Assembly: GCA_028023455.1 (NCBI GenBank)
Contig: JAQFVV010000007.1
Span: forward strand, 10,230,001-10,294,000
Reading direction: 5' to 3'
Length of the DNA: 64,000 nucleotides
Source: Epiperipatus broadwayi
Taxonomy: Eukaryota; Animalia; Onychophora
The notes below the pieces were generated by a model. The model searched no databases, was not told the origin of the DNA, and saw only the letters and a list, made by a program, of their open reading frames with translations. Numbering within the stretch: position 1 is the stretch's first letter; every line of letters starts with the position of its first letter. The translations under genes and the position numbers were made by a program. Of the stretch, positions 38,681-51,244 are shown piece by piece.

Positions 38681-38910
38681 GATGTGATATGTTGGACTAT
38701 TTCCATCATCTATGAGTGAATGTTGAATCTGTAGAAAATTTTAAACTTTATTTACACTTTCCCAATACAAACAACTTGTTAGTAATAGCACATACATAGA
38801 TAATACAGGTTAGTAATATTGTCTATTTGTGTGTTATTACTAACAAGTTGTTTGCATTTGGAAAGTTTAAATAAAGTTTAAAATTTTATATACGTTCAAC
38901 ATATCACATC
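38681..38910. mobile_element. Family D fold-back (PLE terminal repeats, inverted)
   Basis: gatgtgatatgttg / caacatatcacatc; aaaattttaaactttattta / taaataaagtttaaaatttt; caacttgttagtaat / attactaacaagttg. Confidence 0.85.
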
Positions 38911-39292
38911 TAAACCATAGGTTTTCTTGATAAAATGCTCTCTAATATAAAAATTTAATACAAAATGTTTCTAAATAGTCTATTGCAGACTCACTTATAA
39001 ATGGTTTTCCAGTAACTGAAAAAAGGAAATTCACTTTGCTGATAATCATGCTTTGACTTTTTTTTTTTTTTTTTTTTTCCAAAAATACAAAAGTCTCTTA
39101 ATAAGGATATAAAAAAGACTGGAATATTTTTTCAAAGATTGGAATCTCAATTTTTAAAAATCTGATGATCAAAGCCCTTGTTGATAATGACATCATTGTT
39201 ATACCTATGTTGACTATAAGTCACTCACACATAGGATCTTAAAATTTCCATTTAAATATGCATAAGGGATGGGCAGAATACAGACTGAATAT

Positions 39293-39972
39293 GTAATATT
39301 TAAATACAAGTATATTGTCTATTGTGAATTTAATGTAATTAGAAAGGACTTTAAATCAGATTTTTAAACTCCCTACAGCATTTCACTCCATCTTATACAA
39401 TTGATACACATGACCAGATACATATGAAAGAGATAAATGATCTCCAATATATCTATTTTGTGCCGAACCAGCACTCATCAGTTGGTCCAGATCATTATCT
39501 CCCACACACATATGTAACTAATGCTCAGTTTATATTAAGATAGTAAATCTTCAAACTTTAATGAAGAGGCTTCAACTCTTCCCCACCCTTCAACTCTTCA
39601 CCCATCCATATTATGGAAAGAGGCTTTGAGTATTCCATTATTAGATTTTCAATGATATGGATGGCTGGGGAGTTGGAGGGTGGAGAAGATTGAAGATTTT
39701 CCATTAAAGTTTGAAGATTTGCTATCTTAATATAAACTGAGCACTGGATATATATGAGTGAGAGAGATGATAATCTGGACCAACTGAACTAACTGATGAG
39801 TGCTGGTTCAGCATGAAATATGTCTATTGGAGATTATTTTTTTCACATGTATGTGGACATGCACATTGGTAATATGGAGTGGACAGCTGTAGGGAGCTTG
39901 AAAGTCTGAGTTCAAATCACTTTCAATTACATTAATTTTAGTATAGACAATACACTTGCATTTAAATATTAT
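39293..39972. mobile_element. Older family A fold-back, ~320-bp arms, decayed HHRs at 39475-81 (-) and 39793-99 (+)
   Basis: Arms are reverse-complementary from taatatttaaatacaag / cttgcatttaaatatta inward to cccatccatat / atatggatgg. Confidence 0.88.
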
Positions 39973-39989
39973 ATATATTCTTGAGAAAG

Positions 39990-40380
39990 AATTTTATGTA
40001 TGCAGTGTATTTTAGTATAAATTGTGAAGAAGTAAAAGAATTAGGACGCATTTGAGATATGATAATGGAGAAGAATAGAGAAATAAGTTGGTTGAAGAAA
40101 ATGACAAATGAAGAAATTTTGGAAAGAATATTAATGAAAAAACAAGGTTGATTGAAGAAATTAGAGATATAAAGAGAAATTGGATTAGACCTAAAAAGAA
40201 AGAATAATATAATAAATGATGTTTTGGAGGGAATGGTGAATGGAAATAAGCAGAAATGATAGAGTAGAATTATCTTATGGATGATACAAGACATGGGACA
40301 TTTTGGGTTATGAACAGAACAGAATGGAGAAATGGATATCTGTGTGACTACCATAGATCTGTCCACAACTGACTGAATAA
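39990..40380 (+). mobile_element. Decayed non-LTR (RTE-like) 3' fragment
   Basis: Broken frames give ISWLKKMTNEEILERI, RNWI, NDVLEGMVNG, RTEWR, typical of the RTE/RTEX RT C-terminus. Confidence 0.6.
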
Positions 40381-41019
40381 TATATGAAGTATTAACAAAA
40401 TCTAATGTATGTCAACATAGTTTTCAAGACATGTTTGTTTCATGCTGTGCCTACATCTTTTATGATATATTATACATTTTTTTAGTTGAAAAATGTTTTC
40501 ATATTTTGCATTTCAGCTTGTGAAGAGAAATCTGATTTAGTAAAGTTCGACTTAAGCAAGAAAATCATCAAACAGCCTTATTTCTTTTTCTAACTAAGAT
40601 ACTTTATTTTTTAATCTCTTAATCTGAAATCTTTTAAATAAGTTTCTACTCTTATCGGGTCAAAATAATTTTTCAAATGAGTAGAGGCTTGAAGCAAATA
40701 TTAAAATTACAGCAACATATCTGATTAAAAAAGAAACATCTCTGAAATATATACAATAGTTCCTCACAAATATCTGCCTAATATGTGTTATATTTAAAAT
40801 GAATAATGTAGTGGGACACTAGAAAAAGAATTAATAACTCATAAACAGTTTTTCTTTCTAATTAACAAAAGTTACTGATATGAAGATGCTAAAGCGGTTT
40901 TTGAAAATTAGTGATAACGCGTTCAACATGAAAACAAGTGTGCATAAATTCAAACACAGATTGAGTTTGAATCAAGAAAGCTGAACAATTTATTGAGAAA
41001 TCAGTCATGTTATCATTGT

Positions 41020-41400
41020 CATCATTTTCATCATTATTGATTCACTGCAGAAAGAAGATCTCTCCGAGTTCAATTCATCTTTTCCCTCTCTAGCCTCTCT
41101 TCTCCACATCATCCCAGATTGCGTTTTTATGTCATACATACATCTTACACATGGTCTCCTTCTGGGTCTTTTACAATCTCTTAAAACTCAGTTTGAGATT
41201 CCAACTTTTGATATATTATCATCTCTTCTAGCAATATGTCTTACTCAATTCCACTCCAGTTTCCTAATTATTTCAGTGATGTCAGTAACATCCACCTGTT
41301 TTCTCACCTGTGTATTTTGTTTTCAATCTCTGCAGTTTATTTCTAATATGCATCTCTTAATACTTTATTAATAGGTCTGAAGTCTCTGCATTGCTTTTTA
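41020..41400 (-). mobile_element. RTE LINE 3' end with (CAT)n-like tail, 5'-truncated and decayed
   Basis: catcattttcatcattattgattcactgcag...tctctcc...acatggtctccttctgggtcttttacaatctctt is colinear with 51246-51630. Confidence 0.85.
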
Positions 41401-41583
41401 TTTTTATGTGCAACTTTCCAAAAATTTTAATTCCTATTTAAGATTAAATCCTCTCACCCTTCCGAGTGTCGTCTTAAATATGTGTAAAACTATTTTTCAC
41501 TTAATATATTGTCAACTCTTATTTTAAATTGACCTACTGAGTATCACCTAGTGTTCATTTCTATATGCTTTTATTTAACTTAG

Positions 41584-41677
41584 TTTTTTTTTTTCATATG
41601 TCAAATGCGTTGACCGGGAAGCGAACCCGGACCAGCTGCTTGAAAGGCAGCTATGCTAACCACTAGGCCATCAATGT
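41584..41677 (-). mobile_element. tRNA-Gly(TCC)-derived short SINE, full length
   Basis: Minus 72-nt body acattgatggcctagtggttagcatagctgcctttcaagcagctggtccgggttcgcttcccggtcaacgca + tttgacatatg + poly(A). Acceptor stem broken, so not a functional tRNA. Confidence 0.88.
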
Positions 41678-42889
41678 TTTGACTTTTAGCCTGTCTAGTT
41701 AAATTCTTGTAATTCGATTTTCATCCACTTTTCCAATATCCGATCAAATCGAAACTTCAAATACATATGTATTCTTGATGACAATATATTTATTTTATTG
41801 AGAGTTTGAAAACAGTTTTGGCAAAAAATCTAAAATTTAAGTTTTATATGTAATATTAATGCTAGAAATATAACAGCTATCCTTATAATTCAAAAAATTA
41901 ATGATTCATTACAAACATATGCAATTTTGTTTACTATTTTCAAAGATCAGCATTTTCAAAATAGAATTTAACTCTTAACTAATAAACTGTGAATTTAATT
42001 TTCCCAGCAAGATGGCTATGCTTGTAGGAATGAAAACGAAAACAAATCAGCAAACTGAAACTACTACACAACAATTCAATAATTTTGTGAAAGATATACT
42101 TCATCTCCAGTGTGGTGTTTTATAAAATTCTAGCATTAAATATTATATAAATTCTGGATTCTTACATCATATAATGTCATATATCAATATTGTTAGAAGT
42201 CTGATGTTATAATGTATAAAGCACTTAGCAAACAAAGAAGATAACCAATCTTGTATACTGTCTAAATTATCATTTAAAAAGTCATTTTTTTCAAGATAAA
42301 TATGAAAATGAAAATCGATTTATTATGAAGGTATTCAACCAATGCTTTAAATTGTCTCAATTTTTTTTTTCAAGGCAGAGAAATTTAATTGTGTCTATTT
42401 AAAGTTGGGGTTGAATATTTTCATGTTGAATAGATTTTTATTCCCCCATGTTTTAATGCGCTTCCTGTATAGCAACTTAGGCTGTACCACTTTTGTCTAC
42501 TAAGAGTTGAGATCTGACAGAAAGCGATATAGCTTTGTTGTTTATAATATGTGATAATTTAGATGTTTTCATCCAAATTACATGATTTAGCATGACTTCT
42601 CTCAAGTTATCCTCAATCTGCTTTTCATTCATTAACTCTTTCTAGATGATCAATTTATAGTTTAGTAGTGTGTTGAAGTCACATATTCTGGAATCAGTTC
42701 CACCACTTTCAGTAAACAAACTTCATAAGAACTCTCATTTATTTATATAATTTATTTCTCAACTTCTCTCATTTTTTTTTCTTGCCTAGTTAATTGCTGC
42801 TGACAATCTTACTTTTTGTTTAACAGATATTTTACAGATCATATCACAGTCTAATTTGTAATATAGTTTATGTGTGTTTGTATATATAT

Positions 42890-43430
42890 ATATTTACCCA
42901 TTTAATGAGGTTTATTTAATCTTTTATTAATAATTTCATTCCTTATAGCTATGTTGGAATCTTTAATGTCTGTACAAACATATTACAACATACATAAAGG
43001 TGGATGTAGTTGGCTTGACAACAACAAATTGAGATTGTTGCTTGTTATTGATATTAGCAATGTTTAAGTATTGATTGCTTACAATGAATTTACATTTATA
43101 GACCTATTTAGCCTTGAGTATTATTAGATTTATGAAGTAATACCTTGATGGAGTACAGTTTTAAAGTTTTAATTTAGTATTTATTGTCAGCTTTTAAAAC
43201 AAGCTATATTTACCTGTTTAATGAGGTTCTTTAAACTACTTTCTATCAATAAGTTCACTCTCTGTAGTGAAGTTGCCATCTTTAGTGTCTATATAATCAT
43301 ATTAAACCAAAAAATAAAAGTGAACTTTTACCTTTATTGTTAAAAAATAGTTGCCTTGACAACAGATTAAGATTGTTAACTGTTACTGAGATTGGTGTTT
43401 ATTAAGTTTTGACAGCTTTCAAATATTGAA
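42890..43430 (+). repeat. Diverged tandem repeat (~316-bp period), family G; reverse copy at ~27940-28120
   Basis: tttacc..tttaatgaggtt at ~42893 and ~43209. gttgccttgacaacagatt (43352) is the reverse complement of aatctgttgtcaaggcaac (28069). Confidence 0.7.
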
Positions 43431-43944
43431 CTTTAAGTTAAAACTCTAACCAATTGGTCTTTTCTCTCCAAGATACCTGCAGTATTCTCTCTGAATCAGC
43501 ACACATGTTATAGAGTGATGTAATTATAGTTTTTCACCAAAAATATTATAATATGATACCATGTTTGGATTTTGAATTATAAAATATGACAGTGTATTTC
43601 ATATCTTTGACATATATGGTTTAAAACAAAATTTAATGTTAGCATGTAATTCTGTCATGGAATAAGACATAGTTTATGATCCAAATATAATAATACCTTA
43701 AGATTTCTGTGGTGACTGGCTAAATTATGTCACTGTATGAATTGATTATTGGTTATGCTGCAGACAGCTTGGAAAAAAATTGGCCATTTTTTTAATTGAA
43801 CACATTGTGTATATATATTTATATTTTTTGAACACTAGGTTGTTGTTGTTATCATCATCATCATCATCATCATTATTATTATTGTTATTATTATTTTAGT
43901 TGGCAGGAAAATACCTCTTTTTATAGAAATAACTAAATTGAATG

Positions 43945-45030
43945 TATAATATAGAGAAAGGAATATAATCCTTGGATCATGCATGCACTTTTCAAGAATT
44001 TACACACATTCTCATGCATCAGTTTAAAAAACATGTGTAGACCACTTATGCTTAGAGCTTATCATTATATGAGCCAACATTTTGGTCACCATGCTGAAAT
44101 GAGGACTTTAACCCATTGTGGGCATAATACATAACTTGGCAAATGAATTATATAAAACTTATTCATTGTATAGCAGGAGAGAGATAGAATCTCATTGTTA
44201 ACTACCATAAATTTACTGTAATAAATAGTCTTTTTATATAGTGCTTGACTTCATATGTAATATAGAGAAGGGAATAAGCCTTTGGTCATGAGCTTTTTAA
44301 GAATTTATGCACACTCACTCATAAGCATCAGTTTAAAAGCATAAGTGGACAACATATACTTAGAGCTTATCTTTATATAAGCCAACTTCTATAGAATGAA
44401 TAAGTTCATATCATCTGTCAAGTTATATATCAGGCATACAATAGGTTAAATTCCTGATTTCAGCACAGTGAACAAAGTTGGTTTACATAACGATAAGCTC
44501 TAAGCATAAGTAGTCACATGATTTTTAAACTGATGTTTAAGAATGAGTGTGTGCAAATTCTTGAAAAGTGCATGACAGACTTATTACCTTCTCTATATTA
44601 CATACATAGTCAAGTACTATATAAATAGACTATTTATTACAGTAAATTCAAAATTTAATATTTATTTATAATCACAGGTTGTTAAAAATGAGATTAAATC
44701 TCTCTCTTGCTATAGAATGAATAATTTTATACATTTCATTTATCAAATTATATATTTGTCACACAATATGTTAGAGCAGGCAAAACTCTCCATACAGTGA
44801 TGTTTAGTGGTTTAATATGTTAAACACCTAATTTTAGTAAGGAGAGCAAAGGTTGGCTTGCACAATGATCAGCTCTAAGCATAAGTGGTTACTTATTCTT
44901 TTTAAACTGATGCTTACGGGTGAGGGCATTTAAAATCTTGAAAAAATGCATGACTAAAGATTTATTCCCTTCTCTATATTATATACACAGTCAAATGCTA
45001 TACAAATAGACTATTTATTACAGTAAATTT
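43945..45030. repeat. Family F: tandem units (~310 bp) on one strand (43945-44388) mirrored by inverted tandem units (44389-44765, 44862-45030)
   Basis: tatagagaa.ggaata at 43951 and 44261. gcatcagtttaaaa / ttttaaactgatg; aatttactgtaataaatagtc / gactatttattacagtaaatt (twice). Confidence 0.85.
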
Positions 45031-48000
45031 TAAATTGGGTTTGATGTATATTAAGAATAAGAAAGAAAGATTGAAAATAGGTTACATCGATAAGAATAAG
45101 TTTAACAAACCTCAACAATGGGAGAATTAAGAAAAAGACATTGCAACTAGTCCAAGTAAGTCGCTAATAGAATTGGCAATAAATGGACAACTAGGATTTA
45201 GGATTCAAAGAAATATTGAAATTCCCATGTTAAATAAATGGGTAAGAATGTTTGTTGGAATGATCTGAAGAAGAAAAGCTATGGATCATAAGTAAGGATT
45301 AAATTCAGAAAGAGATCATCATCCTGGAGTGAATTGAGCAGGGTTGAAAATGTAGATAATAATAAATAGCCTATTATGCTTTTTTTAATTAATTAGAAAA
45401 ATGTTTTGCACCCTGCATAATTTTGGGCAGTGGTAGAATGGAGGTTTTTGGAACTCAAGATAGATAGATCTATTTCAGTTCGGTTCTGCTATTTTCGGCA
45501 CTCGAACTTCTCTAAAATTTCCAAGCGCTTGACCTTCTGTTAACTCCCTTAGCAATTAGCCTTTCGATTATTTATTTATTAGTAAGCAGTGTATTAGGAA
45601 TAAATATATATATATTTTAATTTGCCATTGTATATGCACAGTAAAATTTAAGTTCTAGCGCGCGCACACACATTTATAATATTTTATTCTTGTTTTTTAA
45701 AAAAGAGAGATAATAAAAAAATCAATTAGATATAATCCCATTAATTTGCTAGGAGCAATTTTTTTTTAATGAATTGACAATTTACAATCACCGTCAGTGT
45801 TTAGGTTCTATCTTTGTGAACTAAGTTGTCAAAATATTAAGCTTGGGCACCATTCCTACAGCCTTAGTCACCGTGCAGACAATGGCCTGCCCTGCCTGTC
45901 ATCTGTAATATTCTGTTTTATTCATTAGCATCCTGAGGAGGGCAAGACATTCTTGTAGCTCAACCTAGGAATGTCATTCGTTTATTATAATATCATCATT
46001 ATTATTTGTCTATAAAATGCAAAGTGGTTTATGATATTTTTTTCCTTTTATTAGTAATAAAATATTGGTTATGTTTTTTGCCCCTCTTCGACTTTTTTAG
46101 ACAGATTAGTATAATCCTTACGCAATTTACAAAACATGATATCCAATAAATATTTTTTAAAATAATATTTTGTCAACATTTTTTTTTATTAATATTATTT
46201 GGAAGGGTGCGGAAAGGATTATTGCGATGTCAGAAAATATACAAAAAATATTACGCCGAATGCATTTCTTTTATAGGTTAGTGGCTCAATAATTATATTC
46301 AAATATATGTATTCATGTGGTAAAAATAAGCTCTCAAATCGCATATCGCAAGGCAAACTTTTCTATAGCATCGCTGCATTAAAGAACATACAAAGAGAAG
46401 ATTCAATTGTCAGTTGGTGAAGATTTATGCATCCTCCCCATTTCCGTTACATAAAAAAAATACTGTCCAACGATTGAATGGCTAACTAAAACAGTTACTT
46501 TAATTAACTCCATGTCATGACCATGTCAGATGTATGTGCCAAGCACTATGTCATGAGTCCTCTTATTTTTATATATTCACACATGTACAGACAAAATACA
46601 CACACACACACACACGAGCTTTCTTATTTACTTATCATACGGATACTTTTTTGGAAAATCAAATAGTAAAACATTAATGTATTTATAAAGTATCAATTTG
46701 CATATTTTTAGTTGAATCTGCTGAGATTATCTTTAAAATGGAAAACATCTTAAAAATTTGGCTCTAAACTATATTGTTTTTGTCACTGGGAGACAAAAAC
46801 CATTTGTTTATGCATGTATATAAACATTCACTTTCAGAAAATATGCTATTCTCTATATGGGTAAATAGTTATGAAAATAAAGATCAAAACGTTTGTATCA
46901 TTTGGGGATATTATTGGAATAATTAGCTGTGCCACAGGATTTCCAGGGAAAGCTTCATTATAGATTAGCAATTTTAATCTTATACTGTTAGTCTATTAAT
47001 AAATCTAGTAATGTATATACCAAAAGTGACTGCATATCAAATGCAATGATACATCACACAAGGATACCAAGCAGAAAAGTGAAATGCTATTTGCAGGAAT
47101 CAGTTAAATTAGTTAATAATCATATTATTACGAGAAGCAGATTTATTAGTCATTTTGTAGAAAGATAGTCACAAAGACAGACCTGCCAACTTATGATTCA
47201 TCACATGCCTTGTGATGGGGATGACTCTTCATTTAGTAAATATTCTGTATGGTATATTGTTCACCTTTTATTGAAAACAAATATGAAAATACAATCAAGT
47301 TAATGCCTATTTAAGTGGACAAGACTCTTTACAAACGATGCTGGTTCTGTAGCTAAATATATTAACTGTTTTACATTTGTATGCACATGGTTTATGGCTT
47401 GATGAATAAACAATCAGCCATTTTTAAAGTCATGGACTTTCTTCTTTGAAATATATCCAATTCCTAAGAAGAGTGATGACACAATATCCTAAGCATTTTT
47501 AGTTTGTGAATATTTTGTGATAATACAGAACTATCCTTTGACCTTATTTTTTTCTGTTCACATACATTTTTCTACTTTACTGACATAATCCATTTTACTA
47601 CTAGGTCCCTGCAGATGGACTTTTGTGCTTTTTTTCTGTATGGAGCAGGTTATAAGTAACATATTATCAAAATAGACCAATGGTTTATTACTCAGGAGTT
47701 TATAAAACATTTTAACATTAGAGATGACAGAGCTAGGCGATGATCCATAGATCTCAAGTTATTGAATTGGCCAGTCTAACAATACACTAAACCACTCAGA
47801 GCATATTAATTAAATGGTTTATTAATCAAGAGTTCATAAATTTGAACAGTTCATGGACTTTGAATTACAGAGTACACCATAACTGCTTTAGATATTTGTA
47901 TTTAGAATATGTAATGAATTTTCTCTGAAAATTTAAAAATATATAATTGCATGATTATAAAATCCATTAATATGTTCTTCAGCATACTAGATCTGATACT

Positions 48001-48375
48001 TTTGAATCCTCTATTAAATTAGACATGCAAAACAAATGAGCAATGGAAAACTTCCTATAAGAGTGTTTCAGGTCAAACATGAGCATGGTTTTCATGAGAT
48101 AAGTAGACCAGTCTATAATATAAAGATTATCTCAAAAGTCATTCTTAAGAAGTGCACTATCAATAGTTTCCATTGGGAAAATGTGGTAGAGAATAGAATA
48201 CATTGGGGAGCTACAGTTAGACATGGTTTTGTAGTATTTCAGAAAGAAAAGTTTTCTGCTGAAGAAATTAAATGACAGCACCACAAAATATCCAACAGAA
48301 AAATATCATGTAAACAAAAAAGTGGGCTCACATGCCCCATATATTGACATATTATGTGTTTACAGATTGGTTTTA

Positions 48376-48894
48376 CAAGAACATCAAGTCAGATGTCACA
48401 TGACTTAATTTAACAAGCTTGTATTACAAATGTTATATATAAAACTCACAAATAAGCTTTTAACAAGCTTTGCAGAATATCCCCAACCCCAGACTAGTTT
48501 CACTGAGGAAGCCAATAGCAGAAATCAGTCTGGGGTTGGGGATATTCCACAAAGCTTTTTAAAAGCTTATTTGTGAGCTCTATATATAACATTTGTAATA
48601 CAAGCTTGTTAAATTAGATCATGTGCTACTAAGGCTTGGGTGATTTTTTATTGCTAAAGCTATTAATATATGGTGTATCTGAACTTAGTTCAATCCCATA
48701 TGACTATTTAAGTTAGGTAGCTGGATTGGAAGACATATGGATGTCTGAAAATTTCAGATTTTCTACTTAATAGTTAACCATTAGATAAAGTGCTGGGCTT
48801 GTCTTGGTATTCTTAATCTAATGCTTAAATATCCCAGCACTTCACTGAGGAAGCCAGTAGCAGAAACTTGTTTGGTGTTGGGGATATTCTGCAA
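48376..48894. mobile_element. Family C element: inverted part (48376-48501) plus tandem part (HHR cores at 48503 and 48845, 342 bp apart), flanked by a 12-bp TSD
   Basis: Direct repeat agattggtttta at 48364-48375 and 48895-48906; unit sequence matches 20540-21900. Confidence 0.9.
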
Positions 48895-49599
48895 AGATTG
48901 GTTTTATATTCAATGCAAAATTCATTCCTAGAATAGTTTTTTATTTCTTTCTCTTGTTTTTTCTTTTGGAGTTGGAATGGCTATACTAATTTACAAGTGG
49001 CTGTTTAATATTATTATTATATAAAGAATAAATACCACCCTTATTTTATAATATGAAGATTTTAATTAGTTTTTTAAAAATTATACTGTATTTTTTTAAA
49101 TTGTCTATAGTGACGGCTCTCTCTATACTACTATAAAGTTTATCAAACTATTACTCTGAATAATTTTTGTCAAAAAATTTCAGTTGATATTTTCTATGAT
49201 ATTTGGGTAATTAGATTATTACTGATTAAAACACTTGAGCTGAATTGTAATTTAAATAATTTTTTATTTAAAGATATGCAAATCTTTGATAAGAAGAGCA
49301 TAAAAAATGGCTTACTTAGACAGAAGTTCTATCACTAAACATTGTAATCAGGTATTTGCAGATCAGAGAATGCTGCTAGGATTGGATATTTTCTTCTATT
49401 TTTTAAATTTGTAGATTTTGTTTATAACATATAAGGCTCAAAAATTAATTGCATTATACTTTAGCATTATTATTATTTTCAAATACTATTAATCCCCTGA
49501 AAATGATAGTCTCATCAAAATTATTTCAGTTTCTTAGATTCTTCCTCTATATCAGACTAACAAATTTCCTTATTTCCAATAACCGTTTCACACATAGTC

Positions 49600-51040
49600 T
49601 CTAGCCCTTTTTAAATAATTTGAGATCCTATTTAAGGCTTCAATTGTCCATTTATTATCAATATTCTAGCACTACATTCAGCACAGCTATATTTTAATCT
49701 TTTAATTCTTTCAATGATGTCAATGTTATATGTTTGTTGTCTCTCCAATGTATTTTGATTTGATCTTTTCTTTTTATTCCTAACATATATATCATCTTGA
49801 ATAAAGTGAAGTTTATGAATTGTTCTTCTGTTAAATGTCCAGATCTCAGATTGATAAGAAAAAGCTGGCAAAAATAATATATTCAAATTTTTTTTTCAAA
49901 TACAAAAGCATATTTTCTTTTAATACTAAATTATTTTAACAAAGACACTCCATCCCAAATTTAATTCTATGATGATGTTTTTGTCTGCTTTAATAATCTT
50001 ATCAAGGTAATCCATAATTATCAATCATTATTATTTTTGAGCATTTATTTTTAGTCCTATTTTCTTTTTTTTCAGTTGATAATTCCTTAACATTTCCTGA
50101 AACTCTGATGTGTTATTTGTAAAAGCAACCACATCATCTGTAAAAATTTCTATTTACCTTTACTCCCTTAATTTCCTATTTTAATTTACAAAATACTTCT
50201 TATAAGACTGTTATAAAAAGTTTAGCAGGTATGGAGTCATACTGAAATACTCGTTTACAATGTTAATCTTATTACTATTGACTCGTATAATCTAATTAAT
50301 GCTGTTGAATTTTGATGAATATTTTACACAATGTGACAATATTCTTGATCTATATCTTGATATAAAGCTTTGATTATTGTGGAAATACTAGTAGAATCAA
50401 TACCTTTTCATAATCTATAAATCTAAATCAAAATGACAACTCACATTTAGCGATTATTTCTACAATTTATCTCAATAGTTGGATATGAATCGTGGTGTTA
50501 AAACCATTTTAAAATCCAGTTTGCTGGTTTTTTTTTTTAAGTGTCATAGCATCGGCCGGGACGCGAACCCGCAACCCGGGCAACTGCCTGCAAGTGCAAG
50601 GCAGTCGCACTGACCTCTTGACCGTTTGCTGTTTTGGTTGTTTACAATTCAAACTTTGTTGTAAATGAGTTGTAATTATCTTGGTAAGAACTTATATAAA
50701 TGTAATAGAAGACTAATAAGTTTGTACTAATCCAGTTTGCTGATTTGATTGGTTAAGATTCAGACTTTGTTGTAAATGAGTTGTAATTATTTTGGTAAGA
50801 ACTGAAATAGATGTAATACAAACCAGTAAGTTTGTATTGTTTATATTTTCTTTATCACCTTTCTTAAATATAAATATATTGTTACTGCAATCTTCCACCT
50901 TCAGTCACATCTTTATAAAATTTAAACATTTGGGCATAACTTTTGCTGCAGTTTTTCTATTTCTTCACCTGCAAAATATCAATTATATTCCATCATTACC
51001 TAGACATTTTTCTTTTTCCATATGTCATAGCATTTGTGGG
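49600..51040 (-). mobile_element. Old fragmented RTE copy with an internal ~110-bp tandem duplication and a SINE insertion
   Basis: Minus ORFs TFNRRTIHKLHFIQ and KKGDKENINNTNLL...TKIITTHLQQSL are homologous to the intact RT; ctttgttgtaaatgagttgtaattat at 50654 and 50765. Confidence 0.85.
50528..50631 (-). mobile_element. tRNA-derived short SINE
   Basis: Minus: ggtcaagaggtcagtgcgactgccttgc...cccgggttgcgggttcgcgtcccggccgatgctatgacact + poly(A). Confidence 0.8.
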
Positions 51041-51070
51041 AGATAAACCACAACAATTTACAGGCAAGAT

Positions 51071-51179
51071 GTCAAGCGTTTATGGTCGAGTGGTCAGCAC
51101 AGCAGCCTTACAAGCAGTTGTCCCGGGTTTGCGGGTTCGCTTCCCGGCTGATGCTTTGACACATGGGGACAAAAAAAAA
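51071..51179 (+). mobile_element. tRNA-Gly-derived short SINE
   Basis: gtcaagcgtttatggtcgagtggtcagcacagcagccttacaagcagttgtcccgggtttgcgggttcgcttcccggctgatgctttgacacatgg + A-tract. Confidence 0.85.
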
Positions 51180-51244
51180 GATTCGTAAAGATTCATTTAA
51201 ATAATCTTATAACATGTTTATTCCATGAAATAGGTGTATATTAT

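Noticed and set aside
41606-41677. Functional tRNA-Gly/Glu gene
   Set aside because: Acceptor stem broken, anticodon loop mutated, followed by the shared SINE tail and poly(A)
43350-43400. TTGACAA in family G as another U3-A8 hammerhead
   Set aside because: No GAAA after the putative stem II
44525-44580. Family F ctgatg...AAGAAT/ATTCTT-GAAAA as a hammerhead
   Set aside because: All copies read CTGATG(C/T), lacking A9, with extra unpaired bases and no consistent stem I or III
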